The position numbers and the translations under genes are program-made. Of a stretch of DNA of 64,000 bases, positions 1 through 8,721 are shown in pieces. The notes beneath the pieces are model-generated. The model saw only the letters and a program-made list of their open reading frames with translations. It did no database searches and was not told where the DNA came from. Each line of letters begins with the position of its first letter. The first letter of the stretch is position 1. The DNA is from Candidatus Bathyarchaeota archaeon (GTDB taxonomy: Archaea > Thermoproteota > Bathyarchaeia > Bathyarchaeales > Bathycorpusculaceae): positions 2,752,001 through 2,816,000 of the forward strand of contig OY969706.1 in NCBI GenBank assembly GCA_963702095.1, in the 5' to 3' direction.

Positions 1-142
1 CGATAAGTTGCCCTTCAACCTCAAATTGTGCTCTGGTGTCGCCCATTGTAAACTTTACAATCTTTGGCGGCGGAAAGCCTCTTGCATACTCTTTTCTGGT
101 GTAAGCACGGTTTTTTACGTGTCTATAGTTTCTTGCGTGCAT
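1..142 (-). CDS. rpl10e: 50S ribosomal protein L10e/uL16 (5' part, runs off the window)
   Basis: My translation from ATG at 142 gives MHARNYRHVKNRAYTRKEYARGFPPPKIVKFTMGD, the archaeal L10e N-terminus. Not in the ORF track. Confidence 0.9.
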   Translation of the reverse strand, partial: MHARNYRHVKNRAYTRKEYARGFPPPKIVKFTMGDTRAQFEVEGQLI

Positions 143-312
143 GCAACGTCACTTTGGTAAGCATACTGCATGTTCAGCAATATTTAAACGATTTGTAAAT
201 ATTCGAGCATGCGTCCGTGCATTTTTTACTTTCTAACTATTTACTTAAAACCGCAAATACCAGCCCCTGCCACTCATCTGCTTATATAGTTAGTTTACTT
301 TTCTTCTCGCAA

Positions 313-1626
313 ATGCCAACATACCTATTTGTTTCGGGTAAAAACTGGATACTATCGCTAGCGGAGCTCACTGCATACTTCAAGGCAAGAGCAGTGGAGT
401 TCAAGATTGACTACTTCTCAACCGAATTCTTCACCCTAACATTCCCAGAAGAAATCGACGCCAAAACCATCGACGACTTGGGCGGAACCATAAAAATCGC
501 ACAAGTAAAAACAATACTATCCACAGAAAAAATAAAAGAAGCCTTCCTTGAAAAAAACAAGCCATCCCAAAAACAGATATCCCAAACCATCACCACAAGC
601 AACGCATTAGAGGGCATGACAAAGGCAGAAGAAAAACTGCTCTTCGGCATAAGCATCTACACAAGCGACAACGCAATAAAACCGTTAGGCGGCAGAATTC
701 AACGGTTTATCGGCAGCGCCATCAAAGACGAACTGGCAGCACAGGGCAAAAAATCAGGTTTCATGGGCACAGGCGAAGACCGCGGCGAAGCGCAACTCAG
801 CCATGTGGAAGTGCTCAAGAAGAACTTTGTTGAAAACCAGGCTGAAGTGCTCCTATGCGTCGGCAAAACCCAAACATGGGTCGCCAACACAGTAGCCGTC
901 CATAACCCTTTTGAATTTCAAAAAAGAGATGTTTACAAACCCAATCAGCGGGCGATTTTTGGCATGTCCCCTCGGCTAGCGCGCCTAATGGTTAACCTGT
1001 CGGCCTGCACTTCGCAGAAAACTTTGCTGGACGCCTTCTGCGGCGTCGGCACCATCCTCCAAGAAGCCCTCCTTGAGCATGCAGCAGTTGTGGGAGTGGA
1101 CGTTAATCCATGGTGTGTTAAGGCAGCTGAAGAGAATCTTGAGTGGCTATCACAAGAGTATGACATTTCCGGCGCAGAATTCCGGGTTTTGCAGGGCAAC
1201 GTAGAATTGCTAGCCGCAAAAGTCGGAGTAGAAAGCGTCGACTGCGTCGTGTCCGAACCCGACTTGGGTCCAGCGCTCCGCGAGACGCCGACGGGTCCTT
1301 ATGCGCAAAAGATTATTGAAAAGTTGGAGCCACTGTTTTTTGAGTTCATAGAAGAAGCCTACCAAGTGCTCAAGCCAAACGGGCGGCTAGTTGTGGCTAC
1401 CCCATTCATACGTACTCGGTCCCGAGATGCTGTGACAATGTCCATCGACGAGAAACTCCGAGAAGTCGGTTTCAAACGTGTTTACCCCTTCACCGACGAC
1501 ATGTTCAGCCCAGAAGCGCCCGAGCATGGACGCCTCATGGGGGCACCAGCGCTGGTGGAGACGGATGAACGCCACAAAATCGGCAGAGAAATCCACATCC
1601 TCCAAAAGCAGCCGCCATCTCTTTAG
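313..1626 (+). CDS. Trm11/TrmG10-like SAM-dependent (tRNA) methyltransferase
   Basis: Motifs MSPRLARLMVNL, LLDAFCGVGTILQEA and VVSEPDLG. The ATG at 313 lies about 25 nt after TATA-like TTATATAG, so I prefer it over 217. Confidence 0.7.
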   Translation: MPTYLFVSGKNWILSLAELTAYFKARAVEFKIDYFSTEFFTLTFPEEIDAKTIDDLGGTIKIAQVKTILSTEKIKEAFLEKNKPSQKQISQTITTSNALEGMTKAEEKLLFGISIYTSDNAIKPLGGRIQRFIGSAIKDELAAQGKKSGFMGTGEDRGEAQLSHVEVLKKNFVENQAEVLLCVGKTQTWVANTVAVHNPFEFQKRDVYKPNQRAIFGMSPRLARLMVNLSACTSQKTLLDAFCGVGTILQEALLEHAAVVGVDVNPWCVKAAEENLEWLSQEYDISGAEFRVLQGNVELLAAKVGVESVDCVVSEPDLGPALRETPTGPYAQKIIEKLEPLFFEFIEEAYQVLKPNGRLVVATPFIRTRSRDAVTMSIDEKLREVGFKRVYPFTDDMFSPEAPEHGRLMGAPALVETDERHKIGREIHILQKQPPSL

Positions 1627-1677
1627 AAACAATTTATTAAGCCCTAGTAATTTCTTCTAAATCTTGAGGCACCCTAA

Positions 1678-2169
1678 ATGGCAGTTAAAAGCAGCAATAG
1701 ACCCAACTGGGACCGATACTTCCTTAACATGTGTGAAGCCGTGGCTGCACGGGCAACCTGCGACCGAGGCAAATGCGGAGCAGTCATCGTTAAAGACAAA
1801 CGCATCATGACCACAGGCTACGTCGGCGCACCTGCTGGGCTACCGCATTGCGACGAAGTCGGACATGACATGCGCCAAATCACCAACGGCAACGGCGAAG
1901 TCAGCCAACACTGCGTCCGAACCCTCCACGCCGAACAAAACGCCATCCTCCAAGCCGCCAGATTTGGGATACCCCTTGAAGGCTCCACCCTATTTTGCAA
2001 AATGACGCCTTGCCGCACATGCGCCATGATGATCATCAACGCTGGCATCAAACGGGTTGTCTGCGAGAGACGTTACCATGCCGACGCCGACACGATTGAA
2101 ATGTTTAAGCAAGCCGGAATAGAACTCTGCATCTTAAACGGTGAAGTCGTCAAATACGACAAACAATAG
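1678..2169 (+). CDS. dCMP deaminase-family zinc-dependent deaminase
   Basis: RPNWDRYF N-terminus; HAEQNA and PCRTC zinc motifs. Confidence 0.9.
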   Translation: MAVKSSNRPNWDRYFLNMCEAVAARATCDRGKCGAVIVKDKRIMTTGYVGAPAGLPHCDEVGHDMRQITNGNGEVSQHCVRTLHAEQNAILQAARFGIPLEGSTLFCKMTPCRTCAMMIINAGIKRVVCERRYHADADTIEMFKQAGIELCILNGEVVKYDKQ

Positions 2170-2174
2170 TTAAT

Positions 2175-3938
2175 CTAAATTGTTTTACGTCGTCTCTCAT
2201 GGGTAACAGCTACTAACACAGCAACAACTATTCCCACCACAACTGCGGCAACAGCCACCCCGACGATTATCTGCGTTAAACTGATCTGCTGCTGCCCCTG
2301 TGACATTTCAGGCGTCGCTGTTGCGCTCGGCAAATTTGCGGTAAAGACTATTGATATTTGATGGCTACTGAAATGCGCCGTGTACCAAACGTAGTAGTTA
2401 ACAGCGTCTTGGCTGTAATCCTGCGGTTGGACTGGTTGACCATCGCTTAAAACTGTGATAGAGTCGCCGTAGGGGATTGCTGTTTTTGGGATTGTAATGT
2501 TGCTAAACCCTGTGGTTCCACTTGGGCCGGTTAAGGCGAAGGTTAACTGGGTGGTTTGGGCTGATTGGTTTGTGGCTATTTGGGCGTTTGATATCTGTGA
2601 AGCAGTTATGTTTCCAGAGGTTATCAGTTCCAATGCTGTTCCTGTGTCTGTGGTCACTTGTATGGTTGTAGATGGCGGCGATGTAGGTTTGGGGGTCGGC
2701 GCTAGCGTTGGATTAGGAGATGACCCTTGCGTAGGCGCACTTGTAGGGGAGGTTGTTGGAGTTGGAGAAGGGCTCGGTCTAGGGGTGGGTGCAGGCGCGT
2801 CGGGGGAACCGATAAATGCGTAAAGCTTCTCAAATGAAGCGGCGTAGACTATGCCGTTTGCAATGGCAGGCGATGTGCCAACATGCATTCCTGTGTCATA
2901 GCTCCAAATCATCCACCCGTCGTTAGCATCTAAACAATAAGTCTTGTTATCCATCGACCCAATGTAGACTTTGCCGTCGGCAACAGCGGGAGCAGACCCC
3001 ATAATTTCGCCACTGGTGGTATAGATCCAGACCACCTGGCCCGTTCCTGCGTCTAGACAGTATGTTTTGTGGTCATACGAACCAAAGTAAACCTTACCGT
3101 TTGCCAATGCAGCCGCTCCCGAAATTCTGCCGCCAGTACCTCGGCTCCATAGAAAAGACCCTGTAGAGGCATCTAAACAATAAAAGTAGCTGTCGGCTGA
3201 TCCAATGTAGATTTTTCCGTTTGAGATAGTGGGTGAATTATCCACAAAAAGACCAGTTCTAAAACTCCATATCTGTGCACCGTTGCTAGCATTTAATGCA
3301 TAGAAGGTGTAATCATGCGATCCAAAGTAGACGATTCCGTTTGCAACGACAGGGGAGGACCAAACAAAGCTTCCGGTTGTGTAATTCCAAATCAGGTTTC
3401 CGGTGGCTGCGTCCAAGCAGTACATGTTACAATCAGGTGAACCTATGTATACCCTATCGTTGGCAACAGCCGGACATGCCTCTATTATGCCTCCGCCTGT
3501 GGTATAGTTCCATATCAAATCACCGTTGGAAGAATTAAAGCAGTAGACATCAGTCAATAATCCAATGTATAACCTATCATTAAGAATGGTAGGGATAGAA
3601 CCTTCCATACCATTTGATTTATTCGTATTAATTATCCAAACAGGAGCGCCCGTGAAGGCATCAAAGCAGTAAAGCAACCCTGTTATTGACCCAATGAAGA
3701 CACGCCCATTCACCACGACTGGGCTTGAGTAAGCATTATTCGTAGTGTAATTCCACAGGGTAACGTTTGTGTAGGGTGCGTTTGAACTTGAATATCCCGA
3801 ATGAGCCGCATCATGCTGAAGGGTAGGCCAATCATCGTTTACTTCGGTGCCATCCACCCCAAAATCAAAGACAAATAGCGTTGCAGCTGCGACCAGAAAA
3901 ATAAGCGCAGAAACATAAATCGAGTTATACATTTTCAT
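2175..3938 (-). CDS. Membrane-anchored secreted PQQ-like beta-propeller repeat protein
   Basis: Signal peptide, repeated SSPxVANGxVYxGSxDxxxYCLDAxTG..W units, Pro/Thr linker, C-terminal domain, TM helix and basic tail. Confidence 0.85.
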   Translation of the reverse strand: MKMYNSIYVSALIFLVAAATLFVFDFGVDGTEVNDDWPTLQHDAAHSGYSSSNAPYTNVTLWNYTTNNAYSSPVVVNGRVFIGSITGLLYCFDAFTGAPVWIINTNKSNGMEGSIPTILNDRLYIGLLTDVYCFNSSNGDLIWNYTTGGGIIEACPAVANDRVYIGSPDCNMYCLDAATGNLIWNYTTGSFVWSSPVVANGIVYFGSHDYTFYALNASNGAQIWSFRTGLFVDNSPTISNGKIYIGSADSYFYCLDASTGSFLWSRGTGGRISGAAALANGKVYFGSYDHKTYCLDAGTGQVVWIYTTSGEIMGSAPAVADGKVYIGSMDNKTYCLDANDGWMIWSYDTGMHVGTSPAIANGIVYAASFEKLYAFIGSPDAPAPTPRPSPSPTPTTSPTSAPTQGSSPNPTLAPTPKPTSPPSTTIQVTTDTGTALELITSGNITASQISNAQIATNQSAQTTQLTFALTGPSGTTGFSNITIPKTAIPYGDSITVLSDGQPVQPQDYSQDAVNYYVWYTAHFSSHQISIVFTANLPSATATPEMSQGQQQISLTQIIVGVAVAAVVVGIVVAVLVAVTHERRRKTI

Positions 3939-3948
3939 AGTGCTCTAC

Positions 3949-4055
3949 TGCCTTAAGTCATTTTTATTCTATGGGGATAAGCTTTCTTGTCAAGGTTTCT
4001 TGACTTAAGGCAAAGGGAGTTCTTGTGCTCAGCTAAGAAGCTCTCCCCTCTTTGC
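3949..4055. promoter_or_regulatory. Nested inverted repeats upstream of the beta-propeller gene
   Basis: Perfect 12-bp IR TGCCTTAAGTCA (3949-3960) / TGACTTAAGGCA (4001-4012), plus GTCAAG-N4-CTTGAC and GGCAAAGGGAG...CTCCCCTCTTTGCC. Confidence 0.45.
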
Positions 4056-4070
4056 CAGTAGTTCAGGGTT

Positions 4071-4226
4071 CTTTGGTTCTGCTTGTGGTTTGCGCCTCAA
4101 TCAACCTGCAACCCATCTCTGTTGCAGAACGCAAAACACAGCCGTTCACCAAGCCCCTAAGAAGATGATGAGCAAGGGCGGCACTCTCTTCTTCTAATAT
4201 AGAAAAAACAAAAAAGCCCAAATTTG
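4071..4226 (-). repeat. Dispersed intergenic repeat family A, copy 1
   Basis: The reverse complement carries the core TTAGAAGAAGAGAGTG..GCCCTT.CTCATC.TCTTC...GGCTTGGTG...GGTTG.TTGAGG...CCACAAGCAG shared with four other loci. Confidence 0.85.
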
Positions 4227-4280
4227 AGCTACTGTTAAAGGCGCAAACCTTATTTCAAGGAGGCAAGGCTACATCGAAAA

Positions 4281-4610
4281 CTACTTTCCAGCCGGAACAA
4301 CAATCCACTTAACGTTGTCAAAGCCGTATTTGGTTATCAATGGGTCAAGAAAATCAGGCGCCAAGTTGTCGTCGATCTCCGCCATAACCACTGTGTCGCC
4401 GATCCTGTACACGATACCGATTTCTGTTAGGTCTTTTAGGGCGGCGTATTTGCCTCTGATCTCCCAGTACCCTGGCTCGTCTCTGCCAGCCTGCATGATC
4501 CATGAGTACTTGTCTTCGGGGTGTTTGCCCTCGGTGTAGTTGAAGGCGCACACAATGTCTCCGACGGCTTTGGGGTCGTCGGTTGTTTTAACATAAAACC
4601 ACATAGTCAT
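4281..4610 (-). CDS. Hypothetical protein (109 aa)
   Basis: Clean ORF with globular composition and an SD-like GTGGT upstream, downstream of hemK. No family recognised. Confidence 0.75.
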   Translation of the reverse strand: MTMWFYVKTTDDPKAVGDIVCAFNYTEGKHPEDKYSWIMQAGRDEPGYWEIRGKYAALKDLTEIGIVYRIGDTVVMAEIDDNLAPDFLDPLITKYGFDNVKWIVVPAGK

Positions 4611-4645
4611 AAGTTACCACTGAAGAATAAGTGGGCGTTTATGCC

Positions 4646-5281
4646 TTAAAGCATTTCTTTATGTTCTGGGCGTTTGGCTTCTATTAGGGTCAGGGTTTCA
4701 AAGAAAGCCAGCTTCTGTTCTGCGGCAACATGCGCATCGAATCCCTGCTCGGCGAAGCCACGGAGGGTTTCCTGCACGCCGGTTAAGGTGGACTGCATCA
4801 ACAGGACCCTGCCCGCCGGCTTGAGGTAAGCCGGAACCTGCGTGATAAAGCAGTCGACCACCTGCCGCCCATCTGCGCCGCCTGCCCACGAACGCCCAAT
4901 CCAAGACGCCTCCTCACCCGACTCCGAAGGCAAATAAGGCGCGTTAAAGAGAACCACATCAAACCCTACTCCAACCCTAAAAGGAGCAAACAAGTTGCAT
5001 TGAACGAAATCGATTCTATTATTCACACCGTTTAGTTTGGCGTTCTCTTTGGCGCATCGAACAGCATACGGGTTCAAATCAACCGCCACCACTCGACTAG
5101 CCTTGTTCGCTACTAAAACCGCCAAGATGCCGCTGCCAGTGCCCAAATCCAACACTGCCTCGCCAGCCCCTACCTTGAGGTTTTCCGCGAAAAGAAACGA
5201 ATCCTCCGCAGGCTCATACACATCATCGTTCACGTCGAAAACAAAGCCGTCGAAGTGGACACGTTTAGTTGGGGAGGGCAT
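4646..5281 (-). CDS. HemK2/N6AMT1-like protein methyltransferase
   Basis: VYEPAEDSFL, LDLGTGSG and FNAPY motifs. Likely start MPSPTK at 5281, overlapping the rsmA end. Confidence 0.88.
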   Translation of the reverse strand: MPSPTKRVHFDGFVFDVNDDVYEPAEDSFLFAENLKVGAGEAVLDLGTGSGILAVLVANKASRVVAVDLNPYAVRCAKENAKLNGVNNRIDFVQCNLFAPFRVGVGFDVVLFNAPYLPSESGEEASWIGRSWAGGADGRQVVDCFITQVPAYLKPAGRVLLMQSTLTGVQETLRGFAEQGFDAHVAAEQKLAFFETLTLIEAKRPEHKEML

Positions 5282-6083
5282 CTGCGATTGCTCCGAATTC
5301 TTGTGGCGCCAACTCTCGTGGGCGCTTATCATGGAAGGGCATTTGATAAGATATTTTTTCTGCGTCCTGTTTGTTAAGTTTAAAGGTGCTTTTTAGGAAG
5401 GGCGTAAGGGCTTTGGCGAGTTTTTTGTTGCGTTGTGTAAAGAGCCACTTCGTTAGCCGCATGAATTGAGCGGGGTCTTTTACTTCAAAGGGTTTTTTTG
5501 CCCATGGTTTGAGACAGAGGATTATTGAGTCGACTTCAGGCTCCGGATAGAACATATCTTTTGGCACTTCGTCTAGCAGGTGGGCTTCTGCCTGTTGCTG
5601 GGCGACCACGGTTAACCAGCCGTATCCTTCGCTGCCTACCACTGCAACAAGGCGCTGTGCGAATTCTTTCTGTACAATCAACACCGCCCAATCCACCCTG
5701 CGCGTAAGCAGCCACACAACCAAGTCAGAGGACAAATAGTACGGGGGAATCGCGATTGCCTTGTTGAAAGTCGGCAACTCCACCTTAAGCACATCCCCCT
5801 CAATGACAACCACATTTTGGGTATCATTGAATTCTTCACGCAAAACCTCAGCTAGCTGCGGATCCTTCTCCACAGCAACAACACCACGGCATTTGCCTGA
5901 GAGGTAACGTGTTAGCAAGCCGAAACCTGCGCCCGCATCCAAAACTACGTCCGACCCCTGCAGGTCAGCGTAGGTGCAGAGTTTAGGGTAGAGGGCTGGT
6001 TCAACCATGAAGTTTTGGCCTAAAAGCTTGTTTGGGCTTACGTGATGAGCCAGTAGCAACTGCTGGATTTGCCGAAGACTCAT
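5265..6083 (-). CDS. rsmA: 16S rRNA m6,2A dimethyltransferase KsgA/RsmA
   Basis: LGQNFM, DAGAGFGLLT, IPPYYLSS, QKEFAQRL and FYPEPEVDS motifs. Confidence 0.93.
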   Translation of the reverse strand: MSLRQIQQLLLAHHVSPNKLLGQNFMVEPALYPKLCTYADLQGSDVVLDAGAGFGLLTRYLSGKCRGVVAVEKDPQLAEVLREEFNDTQNVVVIEGDVLKVELPTFNKAIAIPPYYLSSDLVVWLLTRRVDWAVLIVQKEFAQRLVAVVGSEGYGWLTVVAQQQAEAHLLDEVPKDMFYPEPEVDSIILCLKPWAKKPFEVKDPAQFMRLTKWLFTQRNKKLAKALTPFLKSTFKLNKQDAEKISYQMPFHDKRPRELAPQEFGAIADALPN

Positions 6084-6093
6084 CGCTTATGCC

Positions 6094-6681
6094 TTACTGA
6101 TTTCGGGTGAACAAGCGGTACTTGCTGTCGCCTTCAAGCTCCTCCATGACGCGTTTGGTTATAAGCTTAACAGGGTTGGGCAGCTCAGTGCGTTTCTGGA
6201 GGTCTTCGAAGCTTTCGAAAGGTTTGCGTTGGCGTTCATTGATGACTTGCCACATGTACTTTTTGCCGATGCCAGGCACCAGTTCGAGAGCGTGCATACG
6301 GGGCGTTATGGCGCGTGCGGTATTGAAAAAGTTAACGAACCATTTCTCGCGGTTCTGCACAATCTTACCGATGACGCTGGGCAACTCGGCTCTGGCTGCG
6401 GCGGTTAATTCTTCGTAGCCAATGCGGCCGATGATGTAGGTGACTTCTGAGCGGCTGTCTTTTCCCACATAGACTTTGTCGCTTGGTTTAAGCATCAAGC
6501 CTTCTTTGACAAGCGCTTCTAAGAGGGTGAAGAATTCTTCGCCTACACATTGAATAAGGGCGCCTGCTCTGTAACCAGCTCGGCCCGTGGGGCGTACGCC
6601 TGGTTTGCCATGTGGCAGAAAGTCTAGTACGTAAGCGTTCTCTTCATACCGTTTTTCCATAATCGCCAACTCTTGAGTCAC
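6094..6681 (-). CDS. DUF655 family RNA-binding protein
   Basis: EENAYVLDFL, GEEFFTLLE and RMHALELVPGIGKK motifs; conserved rpoF-DUF655-ksgA order. Confidence 0.9.
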   Translation of the reverse strand: MTQELAIMEKRYEENAYVLDFLPHGKPGVRPTGRAGYRAGALIQCVGEEFFTLLEALVKEGLMLKPSDKVYVGKDSRSEVTYIIGRIGYEELTAAARAELPSVIGKIVQNREKWFVNFFNTARAITPRMHALELVPGIGKKYMWQVINERQRKPFESFEDLQKRTELPNPVKLITKRVMEELEGDSKYRLFTRNQ

Positions 6682-6727
6682 CTAGTGTATTCTCGCTAAC
6701 TACTTAAAAATACTTTAGCTGTTTCGC

Positions 6728-7066
6728 CTACTTGAGGAGCCTATTCTCGTTTAAAAGGTTGACGATTTGACTAAGTTTTTGGGTTTCGATGATTTTTTTG
6801 CCGCCTGCCAGGAAAACACGCAGTTCATCCACGGTTTCGGGGAGGCAGTTTATGATTTGGACGGCTTCTGCTTCGTCGAGTTCGTATTCTTTAACAAGAG
6901 TTTGCAAGAGCTCTTCAGCCTTTGCGGGGTCGACTTTGCTGAATTTGCTGACGTAGTCGAGGGTGCGGCGTTGGAACTGGTCAAGGTTTTCTTCACCTAT
7001 GGTTTCGAGTACTTTTTTGACTTGTGGTAGTGTTAGGCGGTTTTCGCTTACTTCTCTCTTGCTCAT
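6728..7066 (-). CDS. rpoF: RNA polymerase subunit Rpo4 (RpoF)
   Basis: LDYVSKF..AVQIINCLPETVDELR (HRDC-like); lies between rpl21e and DUF655. Confidence 0.9.
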   Translation of the reverse strand: MSKREVSENRLTLPQVKKVLETIGEENLDQFQRRTLDYVSKFSKVDPAKAEELLQTLVKEYELDEAEAVQIINCLPETVDELRVFLAGGKKIIETQKLSQIVNLLNENRLLK

Positions 7067-7076
7067 ATTGACTCAC

Positions 7077-7373
7077 TTACTGACCCGTGTATGGTTCGAG
7101 ATGTTCAGAGCGGGTAATTATGGTTTTCCTCATTTCACCCTGAGGAACACTGATAACGTAGCCTCTGCCCCGTTTCTCTATGATTTGGCCTATTTTACCG
7201 TGGAAACGTTTGTGAGGCATACTCTTCTGTGTGCTAGAATCCATCTTTATGATTACTTGGTCTCCCGCGTTGTATACGTGGAGTATCTTGCTGATTTTGG
7301 GTTTTCCTCTTGCGCGGGTTGGCTTGCGCAGTAGACTGCGTGTGCCACTGTAGTAGCCTTTTGAACCTCTCAT
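7077..7373 (-). CDS. rpl21e: 50S ribosomal protein L21e
   Basis: SKGY..GTRSLL, MPHKRFHGKIG and EHL motifs. Confidence 0.96.
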   Translation of the reverse strand: MRGSKGYYSGTRSLLRKPTRARGKPKISKILHVYNAGDQVIIKMDSSTQKSMPHKRFHGKIGQIIEKRGRGYVISVPQGEMRKTIITRSEHLEPYTGQ

Positions 7374-7386
7374 CTAATTTTCACCT

Positions 7387-8721
7387 TTATTCCATTATTA
7401 CATTGAGAACGTCAAGCTTAAGCGTCTTCGCTGGGTTATCAAGCAAAGCCGACACGTTGGGTACTGTACGTCCTTCATCTCCAGACACCAATTCTTTCAC
7501 GTAAAGCCCACCCTGACATCTAATATAGAGCAGAGCTTTCTTAAGCGTCACCTTCTTAACTTCAAGCTTATATATGTACCTTTCTCGGACAATGTCAGCG
7601 CGACGATGCACAACGCGTAGAGGCGTCTGCTGCTTAATCAACACGCCCGAAAGCTTCTCCTCTAACATACTCAAGCCCTCGTCCGTTAAGTCTTTCTCGA
7701 ATTCAGCTAAAAGCCGATACTCCTTCTGGGCACCCTCGCCCTTCTTGAGGTGACGCACATCGTCCTTGGAGGCGAAATGCAACACTGAAACCTCAACTTT
7801 GCCCGCTCCGCCAACGTTTACGGCGTCTTCCATCTGCTTTAAGTCGATGGAACGATTTTTTGGCTTAGAAACCTCGACTATGAAAGGTCTGCCTGAGCCA
7901 AGCATGCGAGCATCGATATCTTCTCTTCCTGAGGCATGGAAAAACGATTCTACCCCAGCAGTGGCTTCAAGCAGCGGCTTAGATGTGAAAGCTTCGACTG
8001 ATTGAGGGTAGAGTTTGCCTGTGCCGCCGCATTTTTCGCAGCCTCTGCCTCTGCAGTTGGAGCAGAACCACTCGGACTGGGGAATGTCACGAACGAGTTT
8101 GCGGTATCTTCCAGCGACGAATAAGGGGTTAACTTGAAGCCTCACTTTTTCGAGAAAAGGGTCAATCACGACGACTATATCCTGTTTAAGGTAGTCCGCT
8201 TCTTTGCCTGTGGCTTTGGCGAGGGCTTTGCCGTAGACCCGCCCGAATTCATGGCGGATGCTTTCGCCGTTCTCTATGTTGAAAGCTGCTTTGAACTCGT
8301 CCTCACGTTCCTCAACTGACAGGGGTAACTCGATACCCACCAGAAAAGTCGTGAATTCGTAGCCTTCGAGTGCTTTCTGCGCCTTCTCTGTTAGGCAATC
8401 GACGAGGTCAAATTTGCCTTCACACAGGTAACACTTGACTTGCGCATCCTGTTTAGGTAAGCGTTTCTTTAAGTGCTCGAGCGTTTCTTGGGCAGTAGCT
8501 GAAAAACCGTTAGTTGCCAAAATCTTGAGTTGTTTGATGCCTTCGACGTTTTTTTCTTGGGTCGCTAAAGCGTTGGCTTGCATGGTTAAGCTGACTTTTA
8601 GTGCCAAGCCCCGGACGTTGTTTTCCATGCTGTACCCCAAGAGCGCAAACTGCCGTCCCAAGCAGTGGTCGCAAAGCGGGTATTTACTGAGCAATTCGGC
8701 GGCTTTCTCTAAAACATCCAT
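7387..8721 (-). CDS. pus10: tRNA pseudouridine(54/55) synthase Pus10
   Basis: CDHCLGRQF, GRYRKLVRDIPQ, catalytic GREDIDARMLG and GGLYVKELVSGD. Confidence 0.95.
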   Translation of the reverse strand: MDVLEKAAELLSKYPLCDHCLGRQFALLGYSMENNVRGLALKVSLTMQANALATQEKNVEGIKQLKILATNGFSATAQETLEHLKKRLPKQDAQVKCYLCEGKFDLVDCLTEKAQKALEGYEFTTFLVGIELPLSVEEREDEFKAAFNIENGESIRHEFGRVYGKALAKATGKEADYLKQDIVVVIDPFLEKVRLQVNPLFVAGRYRKLVRDIPQSEWFCSNCRGRGCEKCGGTGKLYPQSVEAFTSKPLLEATAGVESFFHASGREDIDARMLGSGRPFIVEVSKPKNRSIDLKQMEDAVNVGGAGKVEVSVLHFASKDDVRHLKKGEGAQKEYRLLAEFEKDLTDEGLSMLEEKLSGVLIKQQTPLRVVHRRADIVRERYIYKLEVKKVTLKKALLYIRCQGGLYVKELVSGDEGRTVPNVSALLDNPAKTLKLDVLNVIME

